Counted from the stretch's first letter, positions 37,853 to 51,201 are shown. The stretch is DNA of 64,000 nt from Octopus vulgaris (GCA_951406725.2 OX597834.1:18910001-18974000), one strand, 5' to 3'. Made by a program: numbers and translations. Notes: generated from the sequence alone by a model not told the origin.

Positions 37853-38262
37853 GGCACGGAGTGGCTGTGTGGTAAGTAGCTTGCTAACCAACCACATGGT
37901 TCCGGGTTCAGTCCCACTGCGTGGCATCTTGGGCAAGTGTCTTCTGCTATAGCCTCGGGCCGACCAAAGCCTTGTGAGTGGATTTGGTAGACAGAAACTG
38001 AAAGAAGCCTGTCGTATATATGTATATATATATGTATATAGGTGTGTGTGTGTGTTTGTGTGTCTGTGTTTGTCCCCCCAACATCACTTGACAACCGATG
38101 CTGGTATGTTTACGTCCCCGTTACTTAGCGGTTCAGCAAAAAAGACCATTAGAATAAGTACTAGGCTTACAAAGAATAAGTCTCGGGGTCAATTTGCTCG
38201 ACTAAAAATGGTGGTGCCCCAGCATGGCCGCAGTCAAATGACTGAAACAAGTAAAAGAGAGT
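37853..38262 (+). mobile_element. Family A SINE, full length (reference copy)
   Basis: A-box tggctgtgtgg, B-box ggttcagtccc, CORE-like ttgggcaagt, microsatellite, LINE-like tail. Confidence 0.93.
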
Positions 38263-38469
38263 AGGAATGAATTAGAGGAGAGTCAGCCTGATGTTAGGCA
38301 AGTATAGTGACAATTCTGGACATGTTCGAGTATCATTAGACCTTCTCAGCTGAACTTGACCATTTTGGAGTTATTTCCCCTGCCTTTCTTGGCTAGAATT
38401 GATCACTAATCTTATACTATTTTTTCTCCTCACTTTGAATGCAATCTTAAAAGTTTTTACCATGTTTAC

Positions 38470-38846
38470 AAACCATGTGTTCTTGGGTTCAGTCCCACTA
38501 CATGGCACCTTGTGCAAAAGTCTTCTACTATAGCTCTGAGCCAAACAAACCCTTGTGATTGGATTTGATAGACAGAAATAGTCGGTATATGTATGTGTGA
38601 TGTTTGTGTGTATCTTTGTCTTGATATCATGTGATGATTGCAAATAAACATCGCCATCATACAAGTCATGTTTTGGTTCCAGTCTTCTATGTAAAACATG
38701 TCTAGCTGTGGAGAAATATTATCTTGATTGGAAACAAGTGAGAGTTGGTGACAGGAAGGGCATCCAGCTGTAGGAGGCCTACCTCAATAAATTCCATCAG
38801 ACTCATGCAGGCTTGGAAAAGCAGATATTAAAATGATGTTGATGAC
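38470..38846 (+). mobile_element. Family F SINE (A-type head, C-type tail)
   Basis: gggttcagtcccact...; 3' caggaagggcatccagctgtag...gatgttgatgac. Confidence 0.75.
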
Positions 38847-39157
38847 TTAACTGTTTGTCTTTTATGCTGAAGGCTACCTGAGTTATTTCTCTCCAGTCGT
38901 TCTTTCCATGTGGTAAAAAAAAAAGGGGGTGGGGGCAGGAGACTGCTAAATAAATGTATTTCTTTTTGGTTTGTTTAAAGAGATGTTAAGTGAAAGACAC
39001 AAAGAAGGAAAAAGACAAGCATTGAATGAGAGATGTGTGGGAGATAGATGCACTACATAAAAAAAAAAGTGAATGAGAGATACTTGAAAAAGAGACAAGA
39101 AAAGAAGGTGCAAGAAACATAAAAAAATGAAATACAAAGGATAAAGAGACATGTGAA

Positions 39158-39322
39158 AGAGTGGCTGTGTGGTAAGTAGCTTGTTTACCAGCCACATGGT
39201 TCTGGGTTCAGTCCCACTGTGTGGCACCTTGGGCTAGTGTCTTCTACTATAGCCTCGGGCCGACCAAAGCCTTGTGAGTGGATTTTGTAGGCCGAAACTG
39301 AAAGAAGCCCGTCGTATATAGG

Positions 39323-39353
<31 letters not shown>

Positions 39354-39541
39354 TTGTGTGTCTGTGTTTGTCCCCCTAGCATTGCTTGACAACTGATGCT
39401 GGTGTGTTTATGTCCCCGTTACTTAGCGGTTCGGCAAAAGAGACCGATAGAATAAGTCCCGGGGTCGAGTTGCTCGATTAAAGGCGGTGCTCCAGCATGG
39501 CCGCTGTCAAATGACTGAAACAAGTAAAAGAGTAAAAGAGT
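39158..39541 (+). mobile_element. Family A SINE
   Basis: Near-identical to 46768-47179. Confidence 0.93.
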
Positions 39542-40354
39542 ATACACTGCATAACCTGAAAAATTTCTCATTTCTCAAAATTTTATCCAAATTTTCTGCT
39601 CTTTTATAAAATAGATCTTAATCACTTTCATAGAATCGTTTTCCTATTTCTTAGCTGGGAAGGGTTCTAAAAGCATACATCAATAAAGAAATGAATTTGC
39701 TGAGTGCTTTGCTTCCAACACAAATTTGTATATGCACTTCACAGATTTCCTTTTGAACTTGTTACTTTGAACACACCTGTATCATTTATTTCCATGTGCA
39801 CACATTTGCCAAATCCATAAACCTCAGTCAAACAAACTGACTAATCCTGACAACATTCCTTATATCGCTGTCAGCTTCTCTGCTGGTCCTCACCCTCAAC
39901 AAACTCTTCAACTTTTACTTTTCTCAGTATCTGCTACAATTTAGAGAAAAAAAAAATCAACAACAACATTGTGTTTCACTTCTCTGACCTTGCCATTTAA
40001 TAACTTGACCATGTCATTCTCAATTACTCAAAAGTGATTGATTTAATAATAAACAACTTTCTCTTTTATCTCTATGAGTTCCTTCTCTAATTATTGATCA
40101 CAAGTACAAGTTTTCAAATTGAAACAGAGAGAGAGAAAGAGAGACTGCAATCAGAGACCTAATTTTCCATAACACACTCCTACAGTTACTTACCCTTGAG
40201 AATTTTAATGAAAACCATGTGGTTGCCCTCATCGTTAACAAAGCCTTGAACTGTATAAAATCTCCTATCAAGTTAATCATTCATTATGTTCACCTATCTT
40301 TTTATATCTTAGATTCAAAATCTTCCTTTGTCTTGCTAGAGCTTTGTTCTCTAA

Positions 40355-40585
40355 TTTCTTTATTGCCCACAAGGGGCTAAACATAGAGGGGACAAGCAAG
40401 GAGAGACAAAGGGTTTTAAGTCGACTACATTAACCCCAGTGCGTAACTGGTACTTAATTTATCGACCCCGAAAGGATGAAAGGCAAAGTCGGCCTCAGTG
40501 GAATTTGAACTCAGAATGTAACGGCAGATGAAATACTGCCTAGCACTTCGCCCGGCATGCTAACGTTTCTGCCAGCTCACTGCCT
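40355..40585 (-). mobile_element. Family B SINE
   Basis: Reverse complement of B; flanked by tctctaattt. Confidence 0.9.
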
Positions 40586-40711
40586 TTCTCTCTAATTTTG
40601 TTCTCTAATCTGTAAACTTAGATTTGCTTCAGTGTTCAACTATTTGCCTCTTTATTAACAAATACTTCACTGTTATCTAAAGTATTTAGTACAGTGTCAC
40701 ACTTGCCTGAT

Positions 40712-41249
40712 GTCTTTTATCTTTTATATGTTTCAGTCACTAAAATGTGGCCATGCTGGGGCACTGCCTTGAACTTTTAGTCAAATGAATCGACCCCAGT
40801 ACTTATTTTTAAAGCCTGATACTTATGTTGCTGGTCTCTTTTGCTGAACTACAAAGTTACAGGGACACAAACACACTAACACCGGTTGTTAAGCGGTGAT
40901 GGGGGACAAACACAGATACAATGACAAGCACACATAGACGTTTATATACTTATAAAGATATTTATAGAAGACACTTGCCCAAGGCGCCGTGCAGTGGGAC
41001 TGAACTTGGAACCATGTGGTTGGAAAGTGAGCTTATCACACAGCTATGTTTATGCCTATGATATCTTACCTTACAATGGGCTTCTTTCAGTTTATGTCTA
41101 CTAAATTCATTCACAAGGCTTTGGTCGGCCTGAGGCTATAGTAGAAGACACTTGCCCAAGGTGCCATGCAGTGGGACTGAACTTGGAACCATGTGGTTGG
41201 GAAGTGAGCTTCTTATCACACAGCCATGTCTATGCCTATGATATCTTAA
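40712..41249 (-). mobile_element. Family A SINE with duplicated head segment
   Basis: tagaagacacttgcccaagg...atgatatctta occurs at ~40965 and ~41142. Confidence 0.85.
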
Positions 41250-41400
41250 CACTTTGTGGATTCCTGCTCATTTAGAACAGAGAGCCCCTCTTTCTCAGTC
41301 TGTAAATGTTTTCTCCACAAATATTGACCTGCTTAATTTCAATGACTGCAGGCAACATCCTTCTTTTTAATGTTGCTGTTGTTTCTAGAAATATAATAAT

Positions 41401-41694
41401 CATCATCATCATCGTTTAGCGTCTGCTTTCCATGCTGGCATGGGTTGGATGGTGCAACTGGGGTCTGGGAAGCCAAGAGGCTGCACCAGGCCCAGTCTTA
41501 TCTGGCAATGTTTCTACAGCTGGATGCCCTTCCTAACGCCAACCGCTCCATGAGTGTAGTGGGTGCTTTTTATGTGCCAGATGAGGCTGGCAAATGGCTA
41601 CAATCGGATGGTGCTTTTTTACGTGCCACCGGCACGGATGCCAGGCGAGGCAGGCAACGACCACGATCGAATGGTGCTTTTTACGTGCCACCGG
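41401..41694 (-). mobile_element. Family C copy
   Basis: (cat)n, C body, three gtgcttttta units. Confidence 0.88.
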
Positions 41695-42508
41695 CAATAA
41701 TAAAAAAAGGTGGAAGAGTAAGAGATACGTTAAAGAGGAAAGAGGGTATCAGATATAATGGAAAAAAAATGGATGAGAGTGAAAGAGTAAGGAGAACAAA
41801 GAGGGATAAGAGATAGACTTGTAAGAAAGAGGGATAGGCAAAGAGACATATTATGAGAAAGAAGAAGAAGAGAGAGAGGGAGAGAGAGAAAGAAGTTGAG
41901 AGGAAGATGAATTGAGAAAGAGAAAAATACTTGTTGAGAGAGAAAAATGATGAGAAAGATATACTCCAGAGAAAGATATGAAAGAGATATGAAAAAAAAA
42001 TTAAAAGAAAATTTTCCAAAATGGTATTAAAGAAAGGAAAGAAACAGCAAGTTATCTCTTTTGTAATTTGTAAATGTTGAATTTTACAATGAGTGTCTCT
42101 TCTATCATTTGTCTTCTCCATTCTCTCTGGCATTGTTTTCCAGGAAAGAAACAGAAAGAGTCATGCGTTATTCATATCATGAGAAGTTCTAATGTATGTA
42201 TATGTGTGTTAAAGATATTCAGGAAATTGTTACCTCTGTTGGTAGCTGAGGGTTTGTCTTTCTCTATTGCAAAAAAACAAAACCAAACAAAACTGAACAA
42301 AATCTCACATGACAAGACATGTATAAGCTGTGTGTTGTTGTGTAATAACAATGACATGTAGAATGGCAGCGGTGGGAGAGCAGTGAGCTGAGCACGATCT
42401 GTTGGATGAGTAATGTTAGACTGAGCATGAGTCAGCCGAGAAAGTGAATCGGCATTAAAGATAATGGCTTTTGTATTGATAATGGCCTTGTGCAAAAATT
42501 TGAAATCA

Positions 42509-42859
42509 TTATTACCTCCATCTTAGTGAAAGCAGAGGTATTGCTTTCAGTTGTATTTGTTTGTTTGTCCGTGGACAAAATATCTCAAGACCTGCCGGAT
42601 GGATTCAGATGAAACTTAGAGAGATGTTTGGCCTCATGACTGATATGAACTAATTAGATTTTGGGTTCGATCTGATACTGGACAAGGATTCTGGATTATT
42701 TTTCTAGATTTTTACTTAATTTTTTAAAGTGGCCAGGTTAATTTTAAGAATTCTCATTGTGAGAGCAGTCGAGTTTATTTCAGACTTTCTCATTTTAAAA
42801 ATCATCTCTGGCTAATCGTTGAGAGGACCTTGGTGTTGCACTCCCTGAGTGCTCTTGTT
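42509..42859 (+). mobile_element. Non-autonomous Helentron-associated element (HINE/DINE-1-like)
   Basis: 5' ttattacctcc...gaggta inverted repeat, (gttt)n/gtcc microsatellite, ggatggattc-gatgaaac and ttagattttgg motifs, 3' hairpin gcactc-cct-gagtgc, T-rich ends; family assignment from recall. Confidence 0.65.
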
Positions 42860-42890
42860 ATTATTATTATTATCATGATTATTATTATTG

Positions 42891-43430
42891 AAGGCAGCAA
42901 GCTGGCAGAATTGTTAGTATACTGGGCAGAATGCTTAGTGGTATTTTGTCTGTCTTTATGTTCTGAGTTCAAATCCTGCTGAGGTTGACATTGCCTTCCA
43001 CCCTTTCAGGGTTGATAAGTACCAGTTGAACACTGGGATTGATGTAATTGATTCACCCACTCACCCAGAATTGCTGTCTTTGTGTCAAAATTCAAAACCA
43101 TTGTTATCATCAGCATTACAAGTTGGCATTACAGAATTGTGAGTGTATCAGGGAAACTGCATTGGATCTGCAGACTGTATGAGGTGGCCACTTCAATAAT
43201 ATGTGTCTTTGTAAAAGGCAGCGAGTTGGCAGAATTGTTTGCATGCTACACAGAATGGTTATTGGAATTTCTTCCAGTTTTACATTCTAAGTTCAAATTC
43301 TGCTGAGGATGATTTTGCTGTTCATCTTTCTGGGTTGATAAGATGAAGTACCAGTTGAGCACTGGGTTAATATAATCGATTAGCCTCCTTCTACAAAATT
43401 TCAAGCTCTGTACCTGTAGTAGAAAGGATT
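42891..43430 (+). mobile_element. Two diverged family B SINEs (42891-43100, 43216-43430)
   Basis: gctggcagaattgtt heads, gttcaaat B-box, aagtaccagttg. Confidence 0.75.
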
Positions 43431-44118
43431 ATTATCATTATTAATTATTTATTTTGTGTATGTTTTGTCAGTAATGGTATGAAACAAGGATTTCTTCTCT
43501 AAGAAAGAAACAATAAAATTTCTATAGATTTTTTTTTCTTTTTTTATCCAGTTATGTTGTACAGGAGAGCGAAATTGGCTTCAGATTGTTAATGAATAAT
43601 AAAACAGAAAGTGATTAACCTGCAATAAAATAGCACAAGACACACACAACACACATAAAACAAATGCAAAAGAAAACCCTAACAAACAATAGGAAGCAAA
43701 AATACATTCCCTTAATGTTTGCTATTTTTCTCTCACCTCTAAACTGGCTCTGATTTAGGGATGATAAAATGGTTTTATAGTTAATAAACTTATCAATAAA
43801 ATATGTTAGGAAATTGCTCTAGCTATTTTATTTGATGGTTCATAAAAAAACAGAAAGCCTTGTAGGAATAGCCAATTATATTGGCCTACCATAGGACTTT
43901 TTATTTGTATAGATCAGTTTCGTTCTTTTTTTTTTATTATTCTAAATTAGCTTTTTATTTATATGTATATTTTTGAAAGCTCAGTCTGAAAGTAGGATAG
44001 TCTACATAAGGAATAAGTATATTAATGTTAGTGAGAAGAAGATCATTGTGATTTAGTTCTATTTTTCAATGTTGAAATAGTTCTTTTGTTAAAACTGCTC
44101 AAATGACTAATAGGTTAG

Positions 44119-44348
44119 TTAACCCTTTAGCATTCAGATTACTCTGTGTCAAACGTATTGCTTATTTACTCAAATTCTTTACAAGTAATCATGCATTATC
44201 TTGTTGCTTCCAGATTTCAATGATGTAATTGTTTGTTTTTAAAATGACATTGTAGGATTAGTGTGAAAGGTCAGATCTGGCCAGTTTGGACATAAAGCAT
44301 GTAGAATATATGGGCCAAATATAGCTGGTTCAAATCCTAAAGGGTTAA
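44119..44348. mobile_element. piggyBac-like MITE (family P1 reference)
   Basis: TTAA-ccctttag ... ctaaaggg-TTAA. Confidence 0.88.
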
Positions 44349-44721
44349 GATATTAATATTATTCTTAAGCTTTGTAGGCGCAGTATGACTGAATGGTTGT
44401 CTTGTAATCATGAGGTTCTGGGTTCAATCCTATAGCATGTCATAGCCTCAGGTTTGCCCATATCTTTTGAGTGAAGTTGATTTGATGGAAAATGTGTGGA
44501 AGCTTTTGGATGGATTGTACCTGCAATTCAAAGGTCCATCTTTACCACTATGTCCATGGAATACTCAGCCACTTTGATGTTAATTCAATGGTTGTTCTGC
44601 TGATTGAATAACTGTACACTCATCATGTTTCAGTCATTAGACTGTGGCCATGCTGGGGCACCACCTTGATGAATCTTTTAGTCAAATGAATTGATCCCAG
44701 TATTTACACACATACACACAC

Positions 44722-44753
<32 letters not shown>

Positions 44754-45473
44754 GAAACGAGATTCCACACAGTTTCTGTTACAAGACATTAGTCAGTCTG
44801 GAGCTTTGTTAGGAGACATTTGCCCAAGATACTGTGCAGTGAGACTGGACCCCCAAACCGTTTGGTTGCAAAGCAGGCCCTTAACTGCATAACCCTGCCT
44901 GAACCTATGCCAATTGCTTATATTAAAATATTGGATGGGTTTGTCAATAAATATTTTATCTAATTCATTATTAAATTTTTTTTCTCTGCATCTACCACAA
45001 CAATTAAAGGAAAAAAAAATCTGCATGCATCGATATATCTCATAAGGAAAATTGTGACTCATTTGTAAAATATTAGTCAAGTTTATATAAGTGACAAGCT
45101 ATTTTGAATTTTATTTATCTGCCTACAATATTTACTGCATAAACTTGACTTTTTATCCACCAGACATAAATAAAATAAGAACCACAATTTTTTTTGCTTT
45201 TTGCTTTAATATTTTAGATTTATTTGTCCATGCTTGCATAGATGTAATGGATTTTTTTCACCCTTGTTGAAATATTTGTTGTTTAGCCCAAGGCTAACCT
45301 TAATTGAACAGACCAATGATAAAATGCATTTCAACCATACCCATCCTAGATGAAGGGTGTGAGAAAAATTAAAAAAATATAATTTCAAAATTTACTAAAT
45401 GACACTTGTAAAGTGAAGAAATTTATTGAAATTTTACAAGTAAACACCATTTCTAAACATGTGGTGAGTCACT

Positions 45474-45882
45474 TATTATTCTCTTATTCTCTTATATGTT
45501 TCAGTCCAATGACTGTGGCCATGCTGGAGCACCGCCATTGTAATCATCTTTCCACTTTCCACCTTTGTCGGAGCGGCTTCTGGTGAAGGATGGAGTTCAA
45601 TGCTACTGTCCTCTTTTGAGTTTCTTTCTTAGATATTGGCTCATTGAGGATCTCGGCGAGCCAGAGGACAAATTTATGTTTGAAAACGTCTACACCCACT
45701 CCATGGATGCTCCTCAGATGCTTCGGCAGACAGTTAACCAGCTGTGGGCCCTTGAAACCCAAGCTATTGCAGTAAATCGTCCTTGCCTGAGATGAAGCAG
45801 TTGGCACAATGGGGACAGCGCAGTGACGTCCTGTTTGTGGTCTGGTAAACTATTGGCCACCTAAAGAATTAGCAGTTTATAT
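45474..45882 (-). mobile_element. 5'-truncated CR1-group LINE: ORF2 C-terminus plus 3' UTR
   Basis: 45849-45544 reads TGRHCAVP...NSLGFKGPQLVNCLPKHLRSIHGVGVDVFKHK...NEP...NSILHQ; (agaata)-type tail; possible TSD agtcact. Confidence 0.8.
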
Positions 45883-45944
45883 AGTCACTAGTTTTTTACA
45901 GTGTCCCCCAGTAAAAGAAAACCGAGATCTCAATAATATAGCAA

Positions 45945-46757
45945 TTAACAAATGTTATAAGAAACCACAGTGCATAGGCATAAACAGTAAAGGGATGCCA
46001 TGCATATTATACGGTTTCAATTTGGTCAACTTGCTGTGCTCCACCCGGATTTTCTCACAAATAAAATATATAGTAAACTGGGATCCTATTAAGAAGATAA
46101 TGTCTTACGACAGCTTAAGCCCATAACAATGAGCATCGTATTACAGTGTTATAGGTGGATAAGAGGAAAAGTATTAAAAAATTCAACGAATCAGGACACT
46201 GTGATGTTAAAATAACCAATTACTACAATCTTTGTGTTGTGCCTTTAAGTTAGATTTCCTCTTGTTTGCCTGACTGATGAAGCTGGATTCTGGAAGATTT
46301 GAGAGCTATTTCATGCAGGCTGAATGACCACGTAAGAACTTCTCCTTTTAGCTCACTGTCTTCTCAATAGGATATCAGTTTGTTATATAATTTGTTTATA
46401 TATAATAAACTCGCTCAAGATGGCTATGGTTGATAAGAGACTGCAAGTGGAACTCTTCCAGAGGTGAAATCCTCGCTACCCAACAAATGAAGGGTACAGG
46501 CTAAGGAGTGAAGCGTTTGTGACCCTGAGATACCTGCTGATGATACGGGAGGGTTTCCAGCATTGCAATGGATTTAGAAGAGCTTGCAAAATACTTGCCT
46601 AGCTCCTGTAGTTTCTGTATAGGGCAAAGCATCTCTAATGTTTATTTAACCTATGATAGAATTTCAATGGAGCACAGCAAGCTAACCAAATAGAAGTTGC
46701 ATAATATCCCTTCACCTTTTACAACCATGAGCTGTGGTTCCTTATAACATTTGTTAA
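45945..46757. mobile_element. Element with long imperfect inverted ends (Penelope-like or foldback)
   Basis: ttaacaaatgttataagaaaccacag / ctgtggttccttataacatttgttaa, plus two further inverted blocks. Confidence 0.6.
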
Positions 46758-46767
46758 CAGCTCTTTA

Positions 46768-47179
46768 GGCACAGGAGTGGCTGTGTGGTAAGTAGCTTGC
46801 TAACCAACCACATGGTTCTGGGTTCAGCCCCACTGCATGGCATCTTGGGCAAGTGTCTTCAGCTATAACCCTGGGCCGACCAATGCTTTGTGAGTGGATT
46901 TAGTAGACAGAAACTGAAAGAAGCCTGTCATATATATGTATATATATATGTATGCATGTGTGTGTTTGTGTGTCTGTGTTTGTCCCCCTAGCATTGCTTG
47001 ACAACCGATGCTGGTGTGTTTATTTCCCCGTCACTTAGCGGTTCGGCAAAAGAGACCGATAGAATAAGTACTGGGCTTCCAAAGAATAAGTCCCAGGGTT
47101 GATTTGCTCGACTAAAGGCGGTGCTCCAGCATGGCCGCAGTCAAATGACTGAAACAAGTAAAAGAGTAGAGTAAAGAGA
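46768..47179 (+). mobile_element. Family A SINE, full length
   Basis: Matches reference copy. Confidence 0.93.
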
Positions 47180-48350
47180 GCTATATGTATGGAGACCTCA
47201 GTTTTTTTGTTTTTTTTTACTAGGAACACTGTAAAGAACTAGTGACATTATATGAACCGTTAATTGTTTAGTTAGTAGGCCAATGGTTTAACTACTTCAC
47301 TAATGATGACTCATCACATATTCAAAAACGGAGTTTACTTGTCAAGTTTCAATAAATCCCTTCACTCAAAAAGTGCCATTTACTAAATTTTGAAATGATA
47401 TCTTTGAATTTTTCAGAATTCAATTTTTTATCTATATCTATCATATAAATTTTTGTTAATAAGTTGCATGCATGAAATTACATTTCCAACAGATATAAGT
47501 GAAAAAAAAAGCTACAAAAAATAGTAATTCCGTACAGATTTGTCAGTTTATTTGCATAATTTACAAGGTATAGATTCCATTTCATAAATGTATCCATTCA
47601 CATTCTAATGTCTCATTGTCTTCACTACTACTGACATTATTGTCATAACTTGATGAAAAAAGAAAAATGTACACATTGTTTGTTGTACTGGGAGAGAGAA
47701 AATAAAAGTCTAGACCAGACCATAGATAGTGCATTTTCCCCACACTTCCTATATCCAAGTTGCTAAAAGCTATCAATCATGTTTACAGTTGAGAGTTTTT
47801 ATTGTAAAGAAAGATTTGAACATCAGATTTTAAAGTTTGTGAGACTTTTTAACTCAACCTGAGACATACTGTTTACAAAATTGTCACTTTTCATCAGTTC
47901 CTTAATTTGTAGTTCAACAAAACAAAAAAATTGTTCCAGTTAGAATTCAAATTATGGTATAAGTATTTTCTTACTTTTCTCTCTTTATTAAGAGATTTTT
48001 ACAAAAATTTTCAAAAACCCCAATTTTATGTGTAGCAGTGTAAAATAACTTTACAAATATCTTTTCAAAAACTCTCAAATTTTGGGAAAAATTAATTTTT
48101 TGATAACTTATTTTTTCTGCACAAAATGACAGGTTTCAATTTTCCTATTTTAAAAATATTGACAACAGCAATATTTCCTGAAACTACCTGAAGGCTAAAT
48201 ATAATTACTTCGAAACAGTACAAACCAATCAATTGTGTGTATGATAGTTTATCATTTTTAACAGGAGTTCTAAGATTTTATATTTTTTAGAGAACTCCAC
48301 AAAGTATCTATCACAAAAATACAGAATGGTTCCAATATATAACTATACTA

Positions 48351-48563
48351 AGGTGGGGAGCTGGCAGAAATGTTAGCATACCAGGCAAAATGCTTAGTAT
48401 TTCGTCTGTCTTTACATTCTGAGTTCAAATTCCACCAAGGTCGAATTTTGCCTTTCATCATTTTGGGGCCGATAAATTACATATTAGTTGCATATTGGGG
48501 TCGATCTAATCGACTGGCCCTCTCCCCACAAATTTCGGACCTTGTGCCTAGAGTAGAAAAGAA
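48351..48563 (+). mobile_element. Family B SINE with alternative 3' tail
   Basis: B head and core but tail ccctctccccacaaatttcggaccttgtgcc; 16-bp TSD aatatataactatact. Confidence 0.88.
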
Positions 48564-48939
48564 TATATAACTATACTGCTTTCTCCTACCTTCCACGCTG
48601 TTCTGTTGGGTCTTTTGCATTAAATGACTTCTTGTTATTATAGAATTCCATAAATTTCTCCTTTATAAAACATTTTTGATCCTTAAGGTTGTGCAGCTTA
48701 TTTTGAAAGGTTTAATTCTCCTGTCACATCCTTCAAGTGAGCCCATCAGATTGGTTTAGGAGAATTTTCAGTAATTTTAGTTGTCGATTGTGACTCTTCC
48801 TCATCTTGATTTATTTCTTCATCAGTATCTGATGTAGAAATTTACCTGTTTTAAGGTACTTTCACTATATTATGTGGGGTTATGCAGGCCTAATCACCTA
48901 TTTCAAGTTTAGGTATCAAATTTATTTATCTATTTCATA

Positions 48940-49296
48940 GGTGCAGGAATGGAGTGGCTGTGTGGTAAGTAGCTTGCTTACCAACCACATGTTTCCGGGT
49001 TCAGTCCCACTGCATGGTACCTTGGGCAAGTGTCTCCTACTATAGCCTTGGGCTGACCAAAGCCTTGTGAGTGGATTTGGTAGACGGAAACTGAAAGAAG
49101 CCCATCGTATATATGTATATATATATGTATGTGTGTGTGTGTTTGTCTCCCCAACATCGCTGTGGTGTGTTTATGTCCCTGTAACTTAGCGGTTCAGCAA
49201 AAGAGACCGATAGAATAAGTCCTGGGGTCGATTTGCTCGACTAAAGGCAGTGCTCCAGCATGGCTGCAGTCAAATGACTGAAACAAGTAAAAGAGT
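48940..49296 (+). mobile_element. Family A SINE
   Basis: Matches reference copy. Confidence 0.92.
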
Positions 49297-50330
49297 ATTT
49301 CAATTATTGTTACACAGAATGTGTTCAAATCCTGCTGAGGTCAACTTTACCTTTCATCTCTTCTTAGTTTGACAAAATAAAGTACTGACCAAGTACCAGG
49401 GGTGATACAAGTGAATAGCACCCAAGCCTCAAAACTGCAGACCTTTTTTCTTTGTTAGATTCAGTTATTACTAAAGTTGGAAAATAAGAAGAGTGATGGG
49501 GGTTGGGGTGGGCAGGTGGTAAACAAGGCAAAAGATCTTTGAGTTAATTACATCATTTTATTTTCTGAGTTTGAATCCCATTGATAAAGCACCACATAAG
49601 GTAAAGTACCAGCCTTCTACTGGGTTCAGTTTCTCTGAAGATATCTTCTGCAAAATATTATAGCTTGTATCTTATGCTAGAAACCATTATTTCCAAAGTC
49701 TTTAATATTTGAAAACAATCCAGAAGGCTTTTATTACTTCCTCCAAAATTCAAAAATTTCTAAAAGTACACTTGTTGGAAGCCACTATTGAAACTTTGAC
49801 TCCAGAATTGCTGAGCAAAATATTTCAATCTTGATTCCTAAGTATAATCACAAAATGTACAAAGCATAGCTTTATCATGTTATGTTGTATTTGTCATTCA
49901 TTATTGGAAACAATCCTGAAAGAGTAACAAAAACAACAAAAACAAACGAAAGAAAAGCCCCAGAAAACTTGTGTGGTAAAGTAACACATGAAGAAGGTTT
50001 GTTGATATCTGAAAATACTAAGAGTACAGTAAACAAATTAATGTATTGAAGCACGAACATAATTCATAAAAACAGTAGAAACCCATTAAATGAAGTTATA
50101 ACAATATTAGACATAATAACATTTATATATACACACACATATGCAAAATAGGGAGAAAGGATTGGAAATAGGCTAAATATTTTATACATACATGTTTTGT
50201 TTAAATGAAACAAATCTTATTTTTTAACGTAAGGAATACATACTTTTTTTACCATAAATTTAAATATATGAAAGTAAAAATACTAAAATATTGTTTTCAC
50301 ATAACAAATGTTTTCATATAATAGTTTTAC

Positions 50331-50550
50331 TTAACCCTTTCGTTACCATTCCGGCTGAAACTGGCTCTGGCTCAGAGTACAAATGTCTTGTTTTCATCAG
50401 TTTTGAATTAAAATCTCCCACTAAACCTTAGTCAAAATTTATGTTCTTTACACTGATAACTAAGTTATTTTACTAAATTCTTTGTCTTAATTAAAGTAAT
50501 TGAAAGAAACACAGAGCATCTCAAAATAAATACAGTAACGAAAGGGTTAA
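50331..50550. mobile_element. piggyBac-like MITE (family P2)
   Basis: TTAA-ccctttcgttac ... gtaacgaaaggg-TTAA, perfect TIR. Confidence 0.9.
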
Positions 50551-50813
50551 AGTATGTTAGTGTATGTTTTCACAAGGTGAGTTGGACATATATAACACAA
50601 AAACGAAAAGAAAAAAAGAGGGAGAGAGAAAAACGATCACATGCTACTTAGATTTTATTTGAGAAAAGTTCTAGGGAATAAGTTTTTGTATATGTTGTGT
50701 CCTAAATAGATTTTGTATTAGAGGAAAATGCATTTTAAAACTGACTGGGATCTGGTTTGCACGGTCATTCTGCTCATCACAAATCTTGGTGATTCTTCCA
50801 TTGTATGTGAAGA

Positions 50814-50847
<34 letters not shown>

Positions 50848-51029
50848 TGATACTTCCAAATTTAAGAAATGATATACAAAATATTGGATAATGTATATCT
50901 TTAAAGAACCTCAATATGTAAATGAAATTGATTTTGATTTTTCACTTTGGCATTCTAAAAACAATCCCCCACCATAATACTGAATTCAAGATAAAAAAGA
51001 TTCTTGAAATTAACCAATATAATGGTGAA

Positions 51030-51201
51030 ATGCTTAGCAGTATTTCGTCTGCTGTTACGTTTTGAGGTCGACTTTGCCTTTCATCCTTTCAGGGTTGATT
51101 AAATAAGTACCAGTTACGCACTGGGGTTGATGTAATTGACTTAATCCCTTTGCCCTTGTTTGTCATTTCTATGTTTAGCCCCTTGTGGGCAATAAAGAAA
51201 T
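51030..51201 (+). mobile_element. Family B SINE, 5'-truncated
   Basis: B core and tail; flanked by aatataa(t/c)ggtgaaa. Confidence 0.85.

Noticed and set aside
45565-45795. Plus-strand 76-aa ORF as a host exon
   Set aside because: It is the antisense of the LINE ORF2 C-terminus.
47582-47648. Minus-strand mini exon YDNNVSSSEDNETLECEWIHL*
   Set aside because: Only an acceptor-like tract supports it; too short to distinguish from chance.
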